A DNA stretch of 64,000 nucleotides, taken from NCBI GenBank assembly GCA_023334545.1, contig JAADVB010000004.1, forward strand, positions 112,802 to 176,801. Reading direction: 5' to 3'. Positions 10,724-22,128 of the stretch are shown one piece after another. Within the stretch, counting starts at the first letter, position 1. The number at the start of each line of letters is the position of its first letter. Position numbers and translations under genes: made by a program. This stretch comes from Salisapilia sapeloensis CBS 127946. Lineage: Eukaryota; Protista; Oomycota. The notes under the pieces are model-generated. The model made no database searches. It saw nothing but the letters and a program-made list of their open reading frames with translations, and was not told the origin of the DNA.

Positions 10724-11686
10724 TTACTTTTGCACAAGCTCGTACAGGTCGTGGCGCTTCTGCTGCGACGTCGGAATGTTGCGACGAACCTCGTCCACTT
10801 GCTCCACATCGATGTCGCCGTACACAATGGCAGGCTCGTGCTCGCACTTGGAGATGACTTCGCCCCACGGAGCCACGATCGTTGAGTGTCCCCACGCCTG
10901 GTAGCCTCCGTCCGGGTTGCGAGCAGGAGATGCAGACGCGACGTAGAGCTGGTTGTCCACGGCTCTCGCGCGCTGGAGCAGCTCCCAGTGCGCCGGACCG
11001 GTGGTCATGTTGAAGGCGCTTGGGAAGATCAATGCCTTGGCACCGTTCTGGCGCATGAGCATCGACAGCTCCGGGAAGCGAATGTCGTAGCAGATCGCGA
11101 CACCAATCTTGCAGTACGGAGTCTCGATAATCGTGAATTTGTCGCCAGCAGTCAGCGTATCGCTCTCCTTGAACGTGATCTTGCCAGGCACGTCAATGTC
11201 GAACAAGTGGACCTTGCGGTGCTTGGCCAAGATTTGTCCTTCCGGCGAAAAGCTGACGCTCGTGTTGAAGATGTGGCCGTCCGAGTCACGCTCCGGGATT
11301 GATCCGCCGATCAGGTAAACCTGGTTGGACTTGGCAGCCTGGGACAAGGCAAATGTGGACGGATGGACATCCACATCGAGCTGTCCTTCGGTCGAGGGAA
11401 TCGGCTCTGCGTAGACTGGGAAGCTCGCGTTCGCGTACGGCGAGTTCCAGATCTCTGGCAGCACCACTACATTGGCTCCATTTGAAGCAGCTTCGGCAAT
11501 GGCTTGCGTGACGGTGGTAATGTTCTTGGCCTTGTCCTCCGTCACGGAGGTTTGGCAGAGGGCTAGCTTGAATTTCGTCGAAGTGCTCATGGCTCGAGTT
11601 GTGAACAATGGGCTTGCAGTTGGTTCAGTGAGGGAGAAAGATCGAGGGAATAGGCAGCGGCTGGCTCTGAAAGCTTGTCGTAGCAT
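10724..11686 (-). CDS. NIT2: Omega-amidase NIT2/Nit3 (nitrilase superfamily)
   Basis: Glu-Lys-Cys triad in LPEIWNSPY, HRKVHLFDIDVPG and ICYDIRFPE, plus AFNMTTGPAHWELLQRARAVDNQ. In-frame ATGs lie at 11770, 11686 (presequence-like MLRQAFRASR) and 11590. Confidence 0.93.
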   Translation of the reverse strand: MLRQAFRASRCLFPRSFSLTEPTASPLFTTRAMSTSTKFKLALCQTSVTEDKAKNITTVTQAIAEAASNGANVVVLPEIWNSPYANASFPVYAEPIPSTEGQLDVDVHPSTFALSQAAKSNQVYLIGGSIPERDSDGHIFNTSVSFSPEGQILAKHRKVHLFDIDVPGKITFKESDTLTAGDKFTIIETPYCKIGVAICYDIRFPELSMLMRQNGAKALIFPSAFNMTTGPAHWELLQRARAVDNQLYVASASPARNPDGGYQAWGHSTIVAPWGEVISKCEHEPAIVYGDIDVEQVDEVRRNIPTSQQKRHDLYELVQK

Positions 11687-12062
11687 GTACAATAGACTCT
11701 CTGAGGCTGGTGAATATTGACTGCAAACAGGTGGACGTAAAGCCGAACTACTTGACTTGAGTATGGACATGAATTCGCAAACGATCTAAAAAAACCCAAG
11801 AACAATATGAATCGAGTACTACGATTGCGGCAGGTAGATCTGCTTTATACGACAACTTAGATCTATAAATTTATGTGCTTGATGGGTAGTTGGTGCCAAG
11901 GACACGGCAGTTCAGCTACACGCCTCCACATGCCGTTGAAAACGACAATTCTTCGACCGTAGGCTTGCTCGGCCTCGGTGCAGTCGTCGGGTTCGTATAT
12001 GATACGTTAACAGTTTCATAAGCATGTGACTTACTCTTTCCCATGATTGCACCAATAGAGGA

Positions 12063-12616
12063 ATGGCGTATGTCTACTATGATCCGGACGTGCTGCCAGA
12101 ATCGATCCGCAAGTGGCTTCCGATTCAAGAACCAGAAGGCAAAGCCATGTCGTTGGAAGAGTATGAGGAGTGGCGAGCGAAGCAAAACAAGTACCCGACG
12201 GGTAAATCAAAGGAAAAGGAGGAGGAAGACGTTGTAATCGAAGAGGACACGGACACTGCTGCCCCACCTGAGATCGACAGTACATTCCTCGAGATTTGAT
12301 CTCTACGTCATTGGATCCTCACGCTGTCTCACTCGTAGATCCTCCACTCGTAAAGAAGGACCTTCCTCCGGCAGAAATGAGGGCTTCGCTACTAAAGCTC
12401 CTGGATGAAGCTCGTGAAAACGAGGCAGCTTTCTTGGATGACTTGAAGAAGAGTCGGACTCGTATCACGGACGAAGAGCGACAAATGGTATTTTAAATAC
12501 GCACCTAGGAAGAGAATCGATTACGATGTGCTTTTGTGAATGTATAGAAACAAGCTTTTAAGGATGAAAAAGCTCGGATTAAGAAGCAGCTCAAGAGTGT
12601 CCCGGAGGAAAAGTAA
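12063..12616 (+). CDS. Small hypothetical charged/helical protein, probably 3 exons
   Basis: The ORF pieces MAYVYYDPDVLPES.., PPLVKKDLPPAEMRASLLKLLDEARE.. and KQAFKDEKARIKKQLKSVPEEK* join in frame through two short GT-AG introns. I do not recognise the family. Confidence 0.55.
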
Positions 12617-12737
12617 TGTCCCTTGGAATGAAGGAATGCAACATGAAGACAGACTTTTGATTGGAATTTGTAATACCCTTGTTTGAAATATCCTTTACCG
12701 TTGTCCTGCTTGCATGTCAGAGGAATTAAAACTACTG

Positions 12738-15700
12738 CTAACAGTCACGCTCACCACAAAAGCGGTAGGAGGCACGAGGAGATGCTTGAGGTGGTGTTAT
12801 CGTTCCGGTTGAAAGAGAGAGAATTGTTGGTGAAACCTTTCGGTTCGGACTTTGACACAAGCCTGGTTTAGACTGATTCACATCTCTTGGTGAGGGAATC
12901 GAAGACGAAATCAACAGGTTCTTCTCATAGATCAAACTTCGACCGAAAGAATCCTGCTGGTTCTACTATCACGGTGATAATTTCATTTGGATGTAGAGAA
13001 GAGCTTGAAAAGTGGCTCTCACCTTTCGTACTAGTACATTTCGGCGTGAGAGTGGAATATCACTCATACTGTGGCGTCCACTCGGTCTACAATGCTTTAA
13101 CTATTAGTTAATGATCTCTATCTCTCAACTACATTTAAACGGTGCAGCAGCACGAAGACTACCTGTATCCAGCGACTTTCTGCTTTGTGGCGGTAATGGC
13201 CGAGGGATTATTTATATTTACGGTTGGTGGTAAGACACATGGCGTATCTCCAAGTTTCTCAAAGGAAAAGGAAGACATTTCAGTTTCAATGTAACTGGGC
13301 TTGGCGGTGGATCGCTTAAGGACTCCATTCCGAACCTCATGGGCTCCTAATGATTTTAGCTCTCGAATTAGAGCTTCTCCATCCTCTCCCTTTGCGTCTG
13401 GAAGTGATAGACGTGAACGATCTTTTGCTTGTATTATCCGATTTATTGTTGATGGACCTAAAAGGTCATGCACATCCGATCCTAGGCTTGGCAACGAACC
13501 CTGCTTGAACTGCAGACTTCCACTAGACGGTGGATAAACTGTGTTCGCCTTTATTTTCGATTCCCGAAGTTTCCGGCATCCCCATGTCGATGGTAAATAC
13601 CCTTCTCGCCGAGAATTTTGAGTTGCGTCCCAACTAATTGGGCGTGGCTGCTTCCCATCAAGTTCATTATCAAGCTTGCTATCTGATGCTTCGATAGCGA
13701 TTATCGCGCCTTCATCCGTCTGATCAACTTTTTCGAAATTTGTCAGGCTACCAACATTGTGATGTTGTGGAAGCTGCGCTTCCACATTAAGCTGAAAGTC
13801 AGATCGTCTGGACCGATCACTTTGCACACGTTTTGATGGCTTATCAGACGGACATGTCGTTTGGGCTTCATTGCTATCTTGCTTCTGTAGACGGAAGATG
13901 ATGCCCAAATCACGCAGCTGAGGGACCAGCAAGAGCGGAAAGTTAGAACGGAAATCCTCCACGCCATCCAACAAACGCTGTCGTAGTCTTACGTCTTTCA
14001 CTGCAATCACAAATATAGCTTCGCACAACGCAGCTCCAGCTTGCTGAAGATGAAGCGTATTAAAGTGCGTATCTCTACGTTCACCAACGCTAGGACCACA
14101 AAACGAGCTTTCCATTGTAAAGCTCCATGAAACATTAAACTCGTCAAATACTACAACTCTTGCAGTCGTCTTCTTGTCTTTACTAATTGTGAAGCTGCAA
14201 TCTGTATAGCTGAGAAAGTCTTTTGCATTAGGCTGGGCCGCAAAAAGCTTGGCGAATAACTTTGCTAGCGGGTTCGGACGTCGCTTGGGATCGCAACCGT
14301 ATAAAAACATGTTCCGCTTTCGACTATGTCCATGTACATCGCAGAACAGCAGCACACCTCGCTGGTTGCACTCCTTTTCTAAAAGCTTCTTCGCATAATA
14401 GATTGTAGGGTGATCAACTTCACTCGGTTGATGCCAATGACGATTTAGATCAACACACGACAGTGCACATCGGCTATGACCATAATACACGCCATCAGGA
14501 TTGAGCATCGGAATGATGCGGAAGACGAAGAGTCGACGCAATGTGCGTGCTAGCAGCGAATTTCCAGTTAAAAAGTCTAGGATACCTCGCATGATCCACG
14601 ACGCTTGCGTTTCACCTGGGTGGACTCTAGCGGTAAGCATAATAGTCTTTCGTTCTCTCCATTCAAGTTTAGTCTTGGCATCAAAATCCGATATGGTAAC
14701 TAGCTCGCACTGTTTTCCATCGATCGTTCGGCATAGTTCAGAACGCTTGATGATATTTGGTGGTGTGACTTTAAGAAGATGACGCATGTGAAAAGCGTGA
14801 TCGGTAAGTGTATATGGATAGCTGTGTGCGACCAAGTACGTGTCCTCTTCATTTTCAAACGTCAATGTGAATGTGAGTGTATAAAATGTTGCTTTGGATA
14901 CATTCGAAGTGTCATTCGTGCCTTCCGCTGTAGGGTTCTTTGCCCGATGGATTGACCGCAAGTATGGATTGGCAAAATAGGCCACGTTCTTACCTTGCCT
15001 CAGCCACCCAATGTTCTCCTCACTCGCATTTTTGACCGAGTACACAAGTGGAAGTAGGCCATGGTTAAATAAACTGTCTGGTTTGCATAAATTAATGATG
15101 TTAAATGTGTAAGTCATACGAGCATTCTCTCGTGGTAACTTGACGTTGCTGATTCCAAAATAGAACCATTGCATGCTTCCCCACGCATTTCCATCACTGC
15201 GCAATAGCAAATCATACTCTTGGTCTCCAATGCGGATTGCTGACGCTAGATTTCCACTTTCAAAGTCACTGTCAAACGTCAAAGATGGCGTATTGCTATC
15301 TTCAAATGCTTGGCTCGTAGAGGGAATGTCGTATGGAATTGGATGCTCAAGTTTATTATGATAGCTTTTTTCTGTGCTTTGTTGTGCGAACTTCTTTTTC
15401 TTCGCTGTGTACACGACTCGAGCTCTGTAATGAGGATCTCGACGATTGAATTCGGCACGCAGCTGCTGAGCTGTTTCTATGTAATCACTCATATCACTAC
15501 GACTTTGTGAATTGCAAGACTCCAAACAACATGGTGAATCAGGTTTTAGTAACGTGAGCTTGGGCCTGTCATTGTACGGATGTCTCGGGTAGCAAGTCCC
15601 GGATGCATCAAAATAGCAATTAGCCTTGTACTCCATCTCATCAGCCTTGATATCGTCTTGTGTATTTAGTAATCTATCCGTTTGGTCAGCATTATTCAAC

Positions 15701-17955
15701 AATGTATCTTCTTCATGTTCGTCAAGAATGGGAGCGCAGGGTGATTCGTCATCTCTCTCAGCATCTTCACATTCACTATCACCACTATCATCGTTTCCAT
15801 GAATTGATCCGTTTTCTGCCTCATCTCCGTCTACATCGTTTTGATCTTCATTACTTGATGATGCTTCCAGAGCTACTGCACCTTCATCATTAGGGATGTC
15901 TTGGCTCATGGCTGCACTCGTTTCCTCATTTTTTAAATTTGTCTGATTATCGTTTCGTTCGTTTTCACCGTCACGTTCTGCTACAATGGCGATTCTATCA
16001 TCTGATTGATAAAGCTTATTCTGTTGTAATTCCGTCGATACTGATACTCCATAAGTCTCGTCGTCGTGACTTTGATCACGTATAGGACAGCTACCCTCTT
16101 TCTGCAGCAACTGTCTGACGTGTGCTCGGTACAACTCATTAACATTGTCCATTTCTCTTCCGAACAAACATGAACCGAACTTCACTTTCAATTTAGGAGT
16201 TGTCTTCACTTGTGGTGGATTTAAACGTGACTGCACACACATAGCTATAGTAGCTACTGTAGATGCGCTTTCATTTGTGTAAGATGTCGATCTTTTCTCC
16301 ATTTTGGTGCCATGAATAGTTGTCAATGCTTGTTTAATTGCAGAACTTAGACGCTGACGGTCACCGTTTTGAAGACATCGTTTGGTATGCAACGTCCTGT
16401 ATAGGTAGAAATACAACTCCGCCATCTAATTTACTAGTTTAGTACTCTTTATAATCATGCTCCAAACAGTTTGGACAAGTACTTTACTTCAGTTGTAAGT
16501 GCATCCGAAGTTAAAGAAATATTGCCAATGACATCCACTGCTATCTTACAAAAGTCTCGGCTTGGCTCGGTATCTATCACCTACATGTGCTAAACATTAA
16601 TCCACGACGTTTTATTTCGCGAAGCAGTGACTTACACTGTCCGGCTGAGCATTGATCATGGCAAAAACTTGCGATATAAGCCATGGTTCTGATCGTCGAT
16701 AGTGACAAAGGTCGTACAGAGTTTCCATGGTAATCGTGCGACTGAGAACTCCCAATGAAGTGATGCATGATCGGCTCAAGCTCTTTATGATTATAATAAG
16801 GTCATCTTTAACAATGGCCATGTTCATATCATTTTTATGTGTTAATTCATGATACAAATGTAGCAATCGTTTCATTGTGGTTGAGTCAATGAGGCTCGGT
16901 AGCTCTGATACGTTCTGACAGGCGGTTGCGAAGAAGCGATATACATAGATTACTGTTTTGGCATCGTCACTGCAAGCTTTTGCTGCCGTCACCAGCACTT
17001 CGCCTCGGCATATACCTGGCGAGATGAATTCAGTCATGTCGAGTTTGCTCTCGATAGCATAGGTAGAAATCAGGACGAGAAGGTAGCAGGCATCAGCGCC
17101 CATTTTCGTCAAGTGCTCCTTTTCGCTGCGTGCCAACATTTGGAAGACAGTAACCACTATACCGTATCTTAGCATGATCCCTTGCATCTCTGTAGATTCT
17201 GCTATCCGCCGAATTATATAAAGTGCTAGTTGGAGAGAGCTCATTGACACTTGGTCATCGTCGATAATCGTCTTCAGACGATAGACGTCATCGTGGCTTA
17301 CACTAGGTAAAGTTGAAAATGTAGACAAGAGATCACGGAATATGTTATTCAATGTTTCTCGCAGTTTCTCAGGCAATGTCTTCTCGCACAAAAACAATTG
17401 CAGGAAGATGTCAAATCCATCCTTGTCGATAATATCAGTCTTTTTAATGACACGAATAGCCATCATCCACTCGAGCATATTTAAACAAAACTTTAGGATG
17501 ACATGGCTCTCATATTCTTCTGTCTGCCCATTTCTTCGTAAGAACTGAAGTAGCATTTTGGTAACTTCGCACTTCATGTACATACCTTCAGGACCTGATG
17601 CACCATCGTGCTGGACTATAAAGTCGATCTGTATTGATATAAGCTCCAAGGCCAATTTCTGCTGTCGGACATTAACGTTTTCCGATATTTCATTAGAGTT
17701 TCGATCTAATGCATCTAATGCAAGTCTCAGCCCTCGGTTGTCAATTCGCAATTGAGCCTGAGCTAGTTCATTGTCGTGGACAAGGTCAACTATAACTTCC
17801 AGGATTCGATCTTGAGCAGGTGACGTAAATGCGAGTTCGACTAATTCGAGAATACCACGATGATCGTCTTTCATGCACTGAGCTCGTATTTCATCACAAA
17901 CTGCTTTTACGGCACCGTCCGCCGCACTCTCCAGCTTCTGCGCTAAGCTTTGCAT
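12738..17955 (-). CDS. AGTPBP1: Cytosolic carboxypeptidase 1 (CCP1/Nna1/AGTPBP1-like tubulin deglutamylase) with an N-terminal ARM-like helical region, about 1654 aa, 5 exons
   Basis: Exons 17955-16636, 16580-16488, 16425-13163, 13086-13023 and 12962-12738 join in frame via GT-AG introns. M14 CCP motifs: FDSDFESGNL, QWFYF, AHSYPYT, ARVHPGE (Zn ligands), MLNPDGV, DLNR, DVHGHS, TMESSF. Confidence 0.88.
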
Positions 17956-19392
17956 TCCAGATGCACTGCTCCAAGTTCACGAAACGACGCGAGGTAGCAC
18001 GAAGATTCATTCATTGACAAAAATAGTCGAGCGTCTACTGAGGTTAATGATAGGTAAAGTTCCAAACTAGCTTGTACAAACAATCTACTACGAACTTCTA
18101 GAGGGTATGAGTGCTAGCCTAGAGTCCGCTTTGATTGCATGTGGTCCATAGAGACTCCTTGATGTAGGCGGCGATTGATGGATTGACTTGATGTCTCTAG
18201 AGTAGAGAGCACAAGCAATGCATAAGAAATATTTATTTACTCCATTTATTATTAATCAGACGTCAGGTAATGACTAAACGTGCATGTGAATTAATGCAGA
18301 TCCATAGAACAACCAAGACCTCGCAGTGGCGGTGTCTTGCAACTTCCTCTGTGCACGCATCTGAAGCATTTGGACCAGACGTCATGTTTGTAGACGTGAT
18401 ATTTGACAATCTGTGAAAATTGTCTTCAACCGTAGATGCTTCTGGTTTTTGATACTTTTACATCCATCTGAGTACAACGATTTAATGCCAACTGGGATAA
18501 TCACGTCCGTCATTTGCGCCTCGAAAAGGTCAAGTGGGCATACCATAGACCAAATTATCCAGGAGCAGCTTGTTCATCTCGAAAGAACCCTCCGACCAAA
18601 GTAAACGCTCCAGCAAACTTTTGATGAAGCCAGAAGCCAAACTACCGGTCATCAAATTCAGTAGGAGATTGAAAAACCAGTAAGCATTCAAATAAACAGA
18701 ACTGCCATTTAAAATTGTAACGGCTTCCTGTGCCGTGGCTTTTTTCCTAGGAAGTCTGCACCGCACGATGGGCATCAAGATAATTGACACCTGTAAAATA
18801 CCAAGACTCGGCAAAATCGTCATCCAGAACGAAGAGACCAACAGCAACATACAGCGTAGCATGATGAACAATCTAGCTCATTGTATCTCTCATAGCCAAT
18901 CTTTAAAATCGACTTAATGCTTGAGGAGTAAGATCGCTGCAACGAGTTTCATATTGTTCAGGGTGGCAGATTTGGCTCCAAGCAAAGCTCACTGTGTTTT
19001 ATTTTCCTAGATCGACATAGAACAAAAGTGACGTCGCGTAAAGAGGTTCCGGGATCTGCCACAGGCTGCATGAAATTTAGCTTCGGCATGGGCTGCCGGA
19101 AGCGTTTGTTTTATTCGTGCATCGGATCATGGATACATTCGTGGCTGATGGAGAAGACACTCCGATTGACACGGCCATGCTATGGGTGAATAGATGTCTT
19201 GGCTTCTTTCATTTTGTGTGCACATTGGCAAAGAGTACGGCCTTTAAAGCCTGGACGGTGTCCGTTGATGAGATTAATAGCTAGACAAGGATACTACGTA
19301 TCCTTTTCCGAATAGTATGTGCTGCAAAAATGCGCAAGGAAGATGATACGCTGTCATGTAAAGGCACGACCTACCACACTAAAGACCCGTGC

Positions 19393-21999
19393 CTAGTAGC
19401 CAAAAACCTGAATGCTTAAGGCTTTTGTCTGGCATTCTCCATCGCTAGTTTCTTTTGATGAAACTTGAAGAATGTACTTCCCTTCGCCTATCCTTTTACC
19501 ATTTTGCCAACTTCCATGAAACACGTTACCACCGGGATAAATGACTGTGCCGGCACCATGTCGTTGACCATTGTGAAAAGTACCCTGAAATATTTTCCCG
19601 TTCTTGTAAATAATTCTACCAGGGCCTTCTCTAATGTTTTTCACCCATGAACCATCGTACTGGTCTCCACTTTCACCAGAGGTAAATGTACCTCTACCAT
19701 GTTGCATTTCATCAACAAATTCGCCGACATACACATCTCCATTTGGCCATCGAAATGTACCAGTACCATGTCTTTTACCTTGATCCCACATTCCGTCGTA
19801 TGTAGTTTTGTCAATATATTGGTACACTCCTCGTCCGTGGCGAACGTCCTGTTTCCACTGTCCTTCGTAACTTTCCTCCATGTGGGTCCCAGACTTCCAA
19901 ACAAATTTCCCAAAGCCATCTCGGCAATCTTCCCTCCAGTCTCCTTCATAAAAGTCTCCATTGTTGTAAAGAAATCTACCGCGACCGTGCTTTTTATTCC
20001 CTTTCCAATCACCTTCATACCTATGCTGACTTGCATATGTGATCGTACCAAAACCTTCCATAAGACCGCGGGCATAATAACCTTCGTGTCGGCTTCCATT
20101 GAACCACGAATACACACCTTTTCCATGTTTTTCCCCGCGCTCAAATTGACCTCGATAGACGTTCCCGTTTGAATACTCCATCTTTCCAATCCCATGCGCA
20201 TGGTCATTTTCAAAATAGCCAATGTATTTACTTCCATCCCGGTACAAATAAACTCCTTTGCCATGACGACGATTCTCTTTCCAGCTGCCAATGTAGACAT
20301 TTCCACTTTCATAAAAGCGGTAACTTCCTTTCGTGGACCCTTCTCCACTAGCTTTGTTACGTGCATAGAACCCATCGAATATATCTCCATTTGGGAAGTA
20401 GACCTTTGCTTTTCCATGGCGGTCACCGTTTTTAAAATCGCCAATATACTTGATACCATGTCTAGATACATGAACTCCTTTGCCATCCCACCGATCTCGC
20501 CACCAATTTCCAACATATACTGATCCATTCGAGTAAAAGCATACACCCTTACCATGGCGAAGATTTTGATTCCAATGTCCCTTGTACACATCACCATTTA
20601 CTTGTGTAAGAACACCCACTCCATGTGGTAATCCATTATCCACGGAGCCAACATAACGATCTCCATTAGCTTTCTTGTATGTAACCTTGCCGTTTGGCAT
20701 ACCGTTGCAGAAATAGCCTTCATAGACATCACCACTGTTGGCTTGGTATGTGCCAACTCCGTCATACTTGCCTTCTACAAATTTACCAAAGTACCGATCG
20801 CCATTCGCAAGAGTTTCAATTCCTTCACCATGTTTTACACCGTTCATCCATTGGCCGATGTACTCTTCACCCGCTGTGCTTTTAAAAATGCCACGACCGT
20901 GACGGAGTTGGTCCTTCCATTGCCCGACGTAACGATCGCCGTTAATATAATACATTTCGCCCATTCCGTTAAAGGTGTGGTCGTTAGATTTAAAGTCTCC
21001 TATATAGAGACTTCCATACGGAAGAAGCGCCTTGGCGAAGATCCTGCCTTCTTTTGTACTACGTTTATAAGCTGATATCCATTCGGTCACTAGTGTTTCC
21101 TTGTCCAACTGATGGTAGCGTTGTACGCGCACCACTGCTCTCTCTGCTCTCACATGACTAGAGGGCAGTGATTGAGTACTTAATCGTCCAAGCCGGAACC
21201 CCGATCGTTGACGACTTTCCAGATCTTGGCTTGCTAAATCGATCCAACGTAGCATACTCTGCTTTCTTGCATCTTCTTTGCGTTTCACTTCTGCCAATGC
21301 GTCTAGTTTTGCCTTCTCCAAATCACGAAGTTGCATGTCTCCCGGCCCAATTATCTCTCCTGTTTCTGGGTCGTGAGCGCACAGACTTTTGCACATCGGG
21401 CACCGTGGAAAGCTTGACAGTGTGACTTTGACATAGCACACAGGGCAATACCACGCATGCTTTAAACCGTAATGATTGTGAAGTTCCCGACTTGTCTTTG
21501 CCTTGTAGTCACACTCTGGCCACTTGCAGCTTAAGAACTCTTCGTAGTCTTTCGGAGGTTCCCACTGCGTATCGTGGGTGACAGTATGAAAATAAAAGTA
21601 TTCGTTCGTATACGAGTCGACTCGCTCCTGCCATTTATTGACACATCTTTCAACGCTTGAACGTTCTAGGAGCAGACGCAAAGCAACTTCACTTGAAAGA
21701 ACCTGTCGCAAAATTCTTCTTAAAGCTTCTACGTGTTTTCGAGCTAAGAACCCTCGAATTGACGTTTCAATGGAAATAGCAGCGCATCGACGTCGATTAA
21801 ATGCTTTAAACTTTCGTCGCTGCTTCCATCCTCTATAGAGACTTTGCAATATAAGTGCCAGCGCTTCCTTTTGTTCCCAATGCATTTCCTCTCTTAACGC
21901 ATTTTCATGACGAAGCTTCTTCCGATCACCACTCAGCGCTGGATGTTGAGATTTACCTAATAGATCCTGGAGTGATTCGCCAAGAGGCTTCTTCCCCAT
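19393..21999 (-). CDS. IQ + WW + C2H2 zinc finger + about 22 MORN repeat protein
   Basis: ATG at 21999, intronless. Domains: IQ-like LILQSLYRGWKQRR and ISIETSIRGFLARK; WW KWQERVDSYTNEYFYFHTVTHDTQWEPP; C2H2 CKWPEC..HNHYGLKH; CPVC..CPMC; tandem Y.G.W....RHG.G repeats. Confidence 0.88.
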   Translation of the reverse strand: MGKKPLGESLQDLLGKSQHPALSGDRKKLRHENALREEMHWEQKEALALILQSLYRGWKQRRKFKAFNRRRCAAISIETSIRGFLARKHVEALRRILRQVLSSEVALRLLLERSSVERCVNKWQERVDSYTNEYFYFHTVTHDTQWEPPKDYEEFLSCKWPECDYKAKTSRELHNHYGLKHAWYCPVCYVKVTLSSFPRCPMCKSLCAHDPETGEIIGPGDMQLRDLEKAKLDALAEVKRKEDARKQSMLRWIDLASQDLESRQRSGFRLGRLSTQSLPSSHVRAERAVVRVQRYHQLDKETLVTEWISAYKRSTKEGRIFAKALLPYGSLYIGDFKSNDHTFNGMGEMYYINGDRYVGQWKDQLRHGRGIFKSTAGEEYIGQWMNGVKHGEGIETLANGDRYFGKFVEGKYDGVGTYQANSGDVYEGYFCNGMPNGKVTYKKANGDRYVGSVDNGLPHGVGVLTQVNGDVYKGHWNQNLRHGKGVCFYSNGSVYVGNWWRDRWDGKGVHVSRHGIKYIGDFKNGDRHGKAKVYFPNGDIFDGFYARNKASGEGSTKGSYRFYESGNVYIGSWKENRRHGKGVYLYRDGSKYIGYFENDHAHGIGKMEYSNGNVYRGQFERGEKHGKGVYSWFNGSRHEGYYARGLMEGFGTITYASQHRYEGDWKGNKKHGRGRFLYNNGDFYEGDWREDCRDGFGKFVWKSGTHMEESYEGQWKQDVRHGRGVYQYIDKTTYDGMWDQGKRHGTGTFRWPNGDVYVGEFVDEMQHGRGTFTSGESGDQYDGSWVKNIREGPGRIIYKNGKIFQGTFHNGQRHGAGTVIYPGGNVFHGSWQNGKRIGEGKYILQVSSKETSDGECQTKALSIQVFGY

Positions 22000-22128
22000 G
22001 CTGCTTGCCACTTCCTGATGAATAAGACTCGATTGGAATCAAGTAAAGTCTATTTTTATTTTCGAGTAGAAGTCTCGCGTTTCCAGTGTCATCTGCCAAC
22101 ACTTTAAAATCTGGCGCGGCCCAAGTTT

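Noticed and set aside
19450-21030. Regular periodicity of about 69 nt as a CRISPR-like or DNA tandem array
   Set aside because: The periodicity is at the protein level (23-aa MORN repeats) with divergent DNA; there are no identical direct repeats with spacers.
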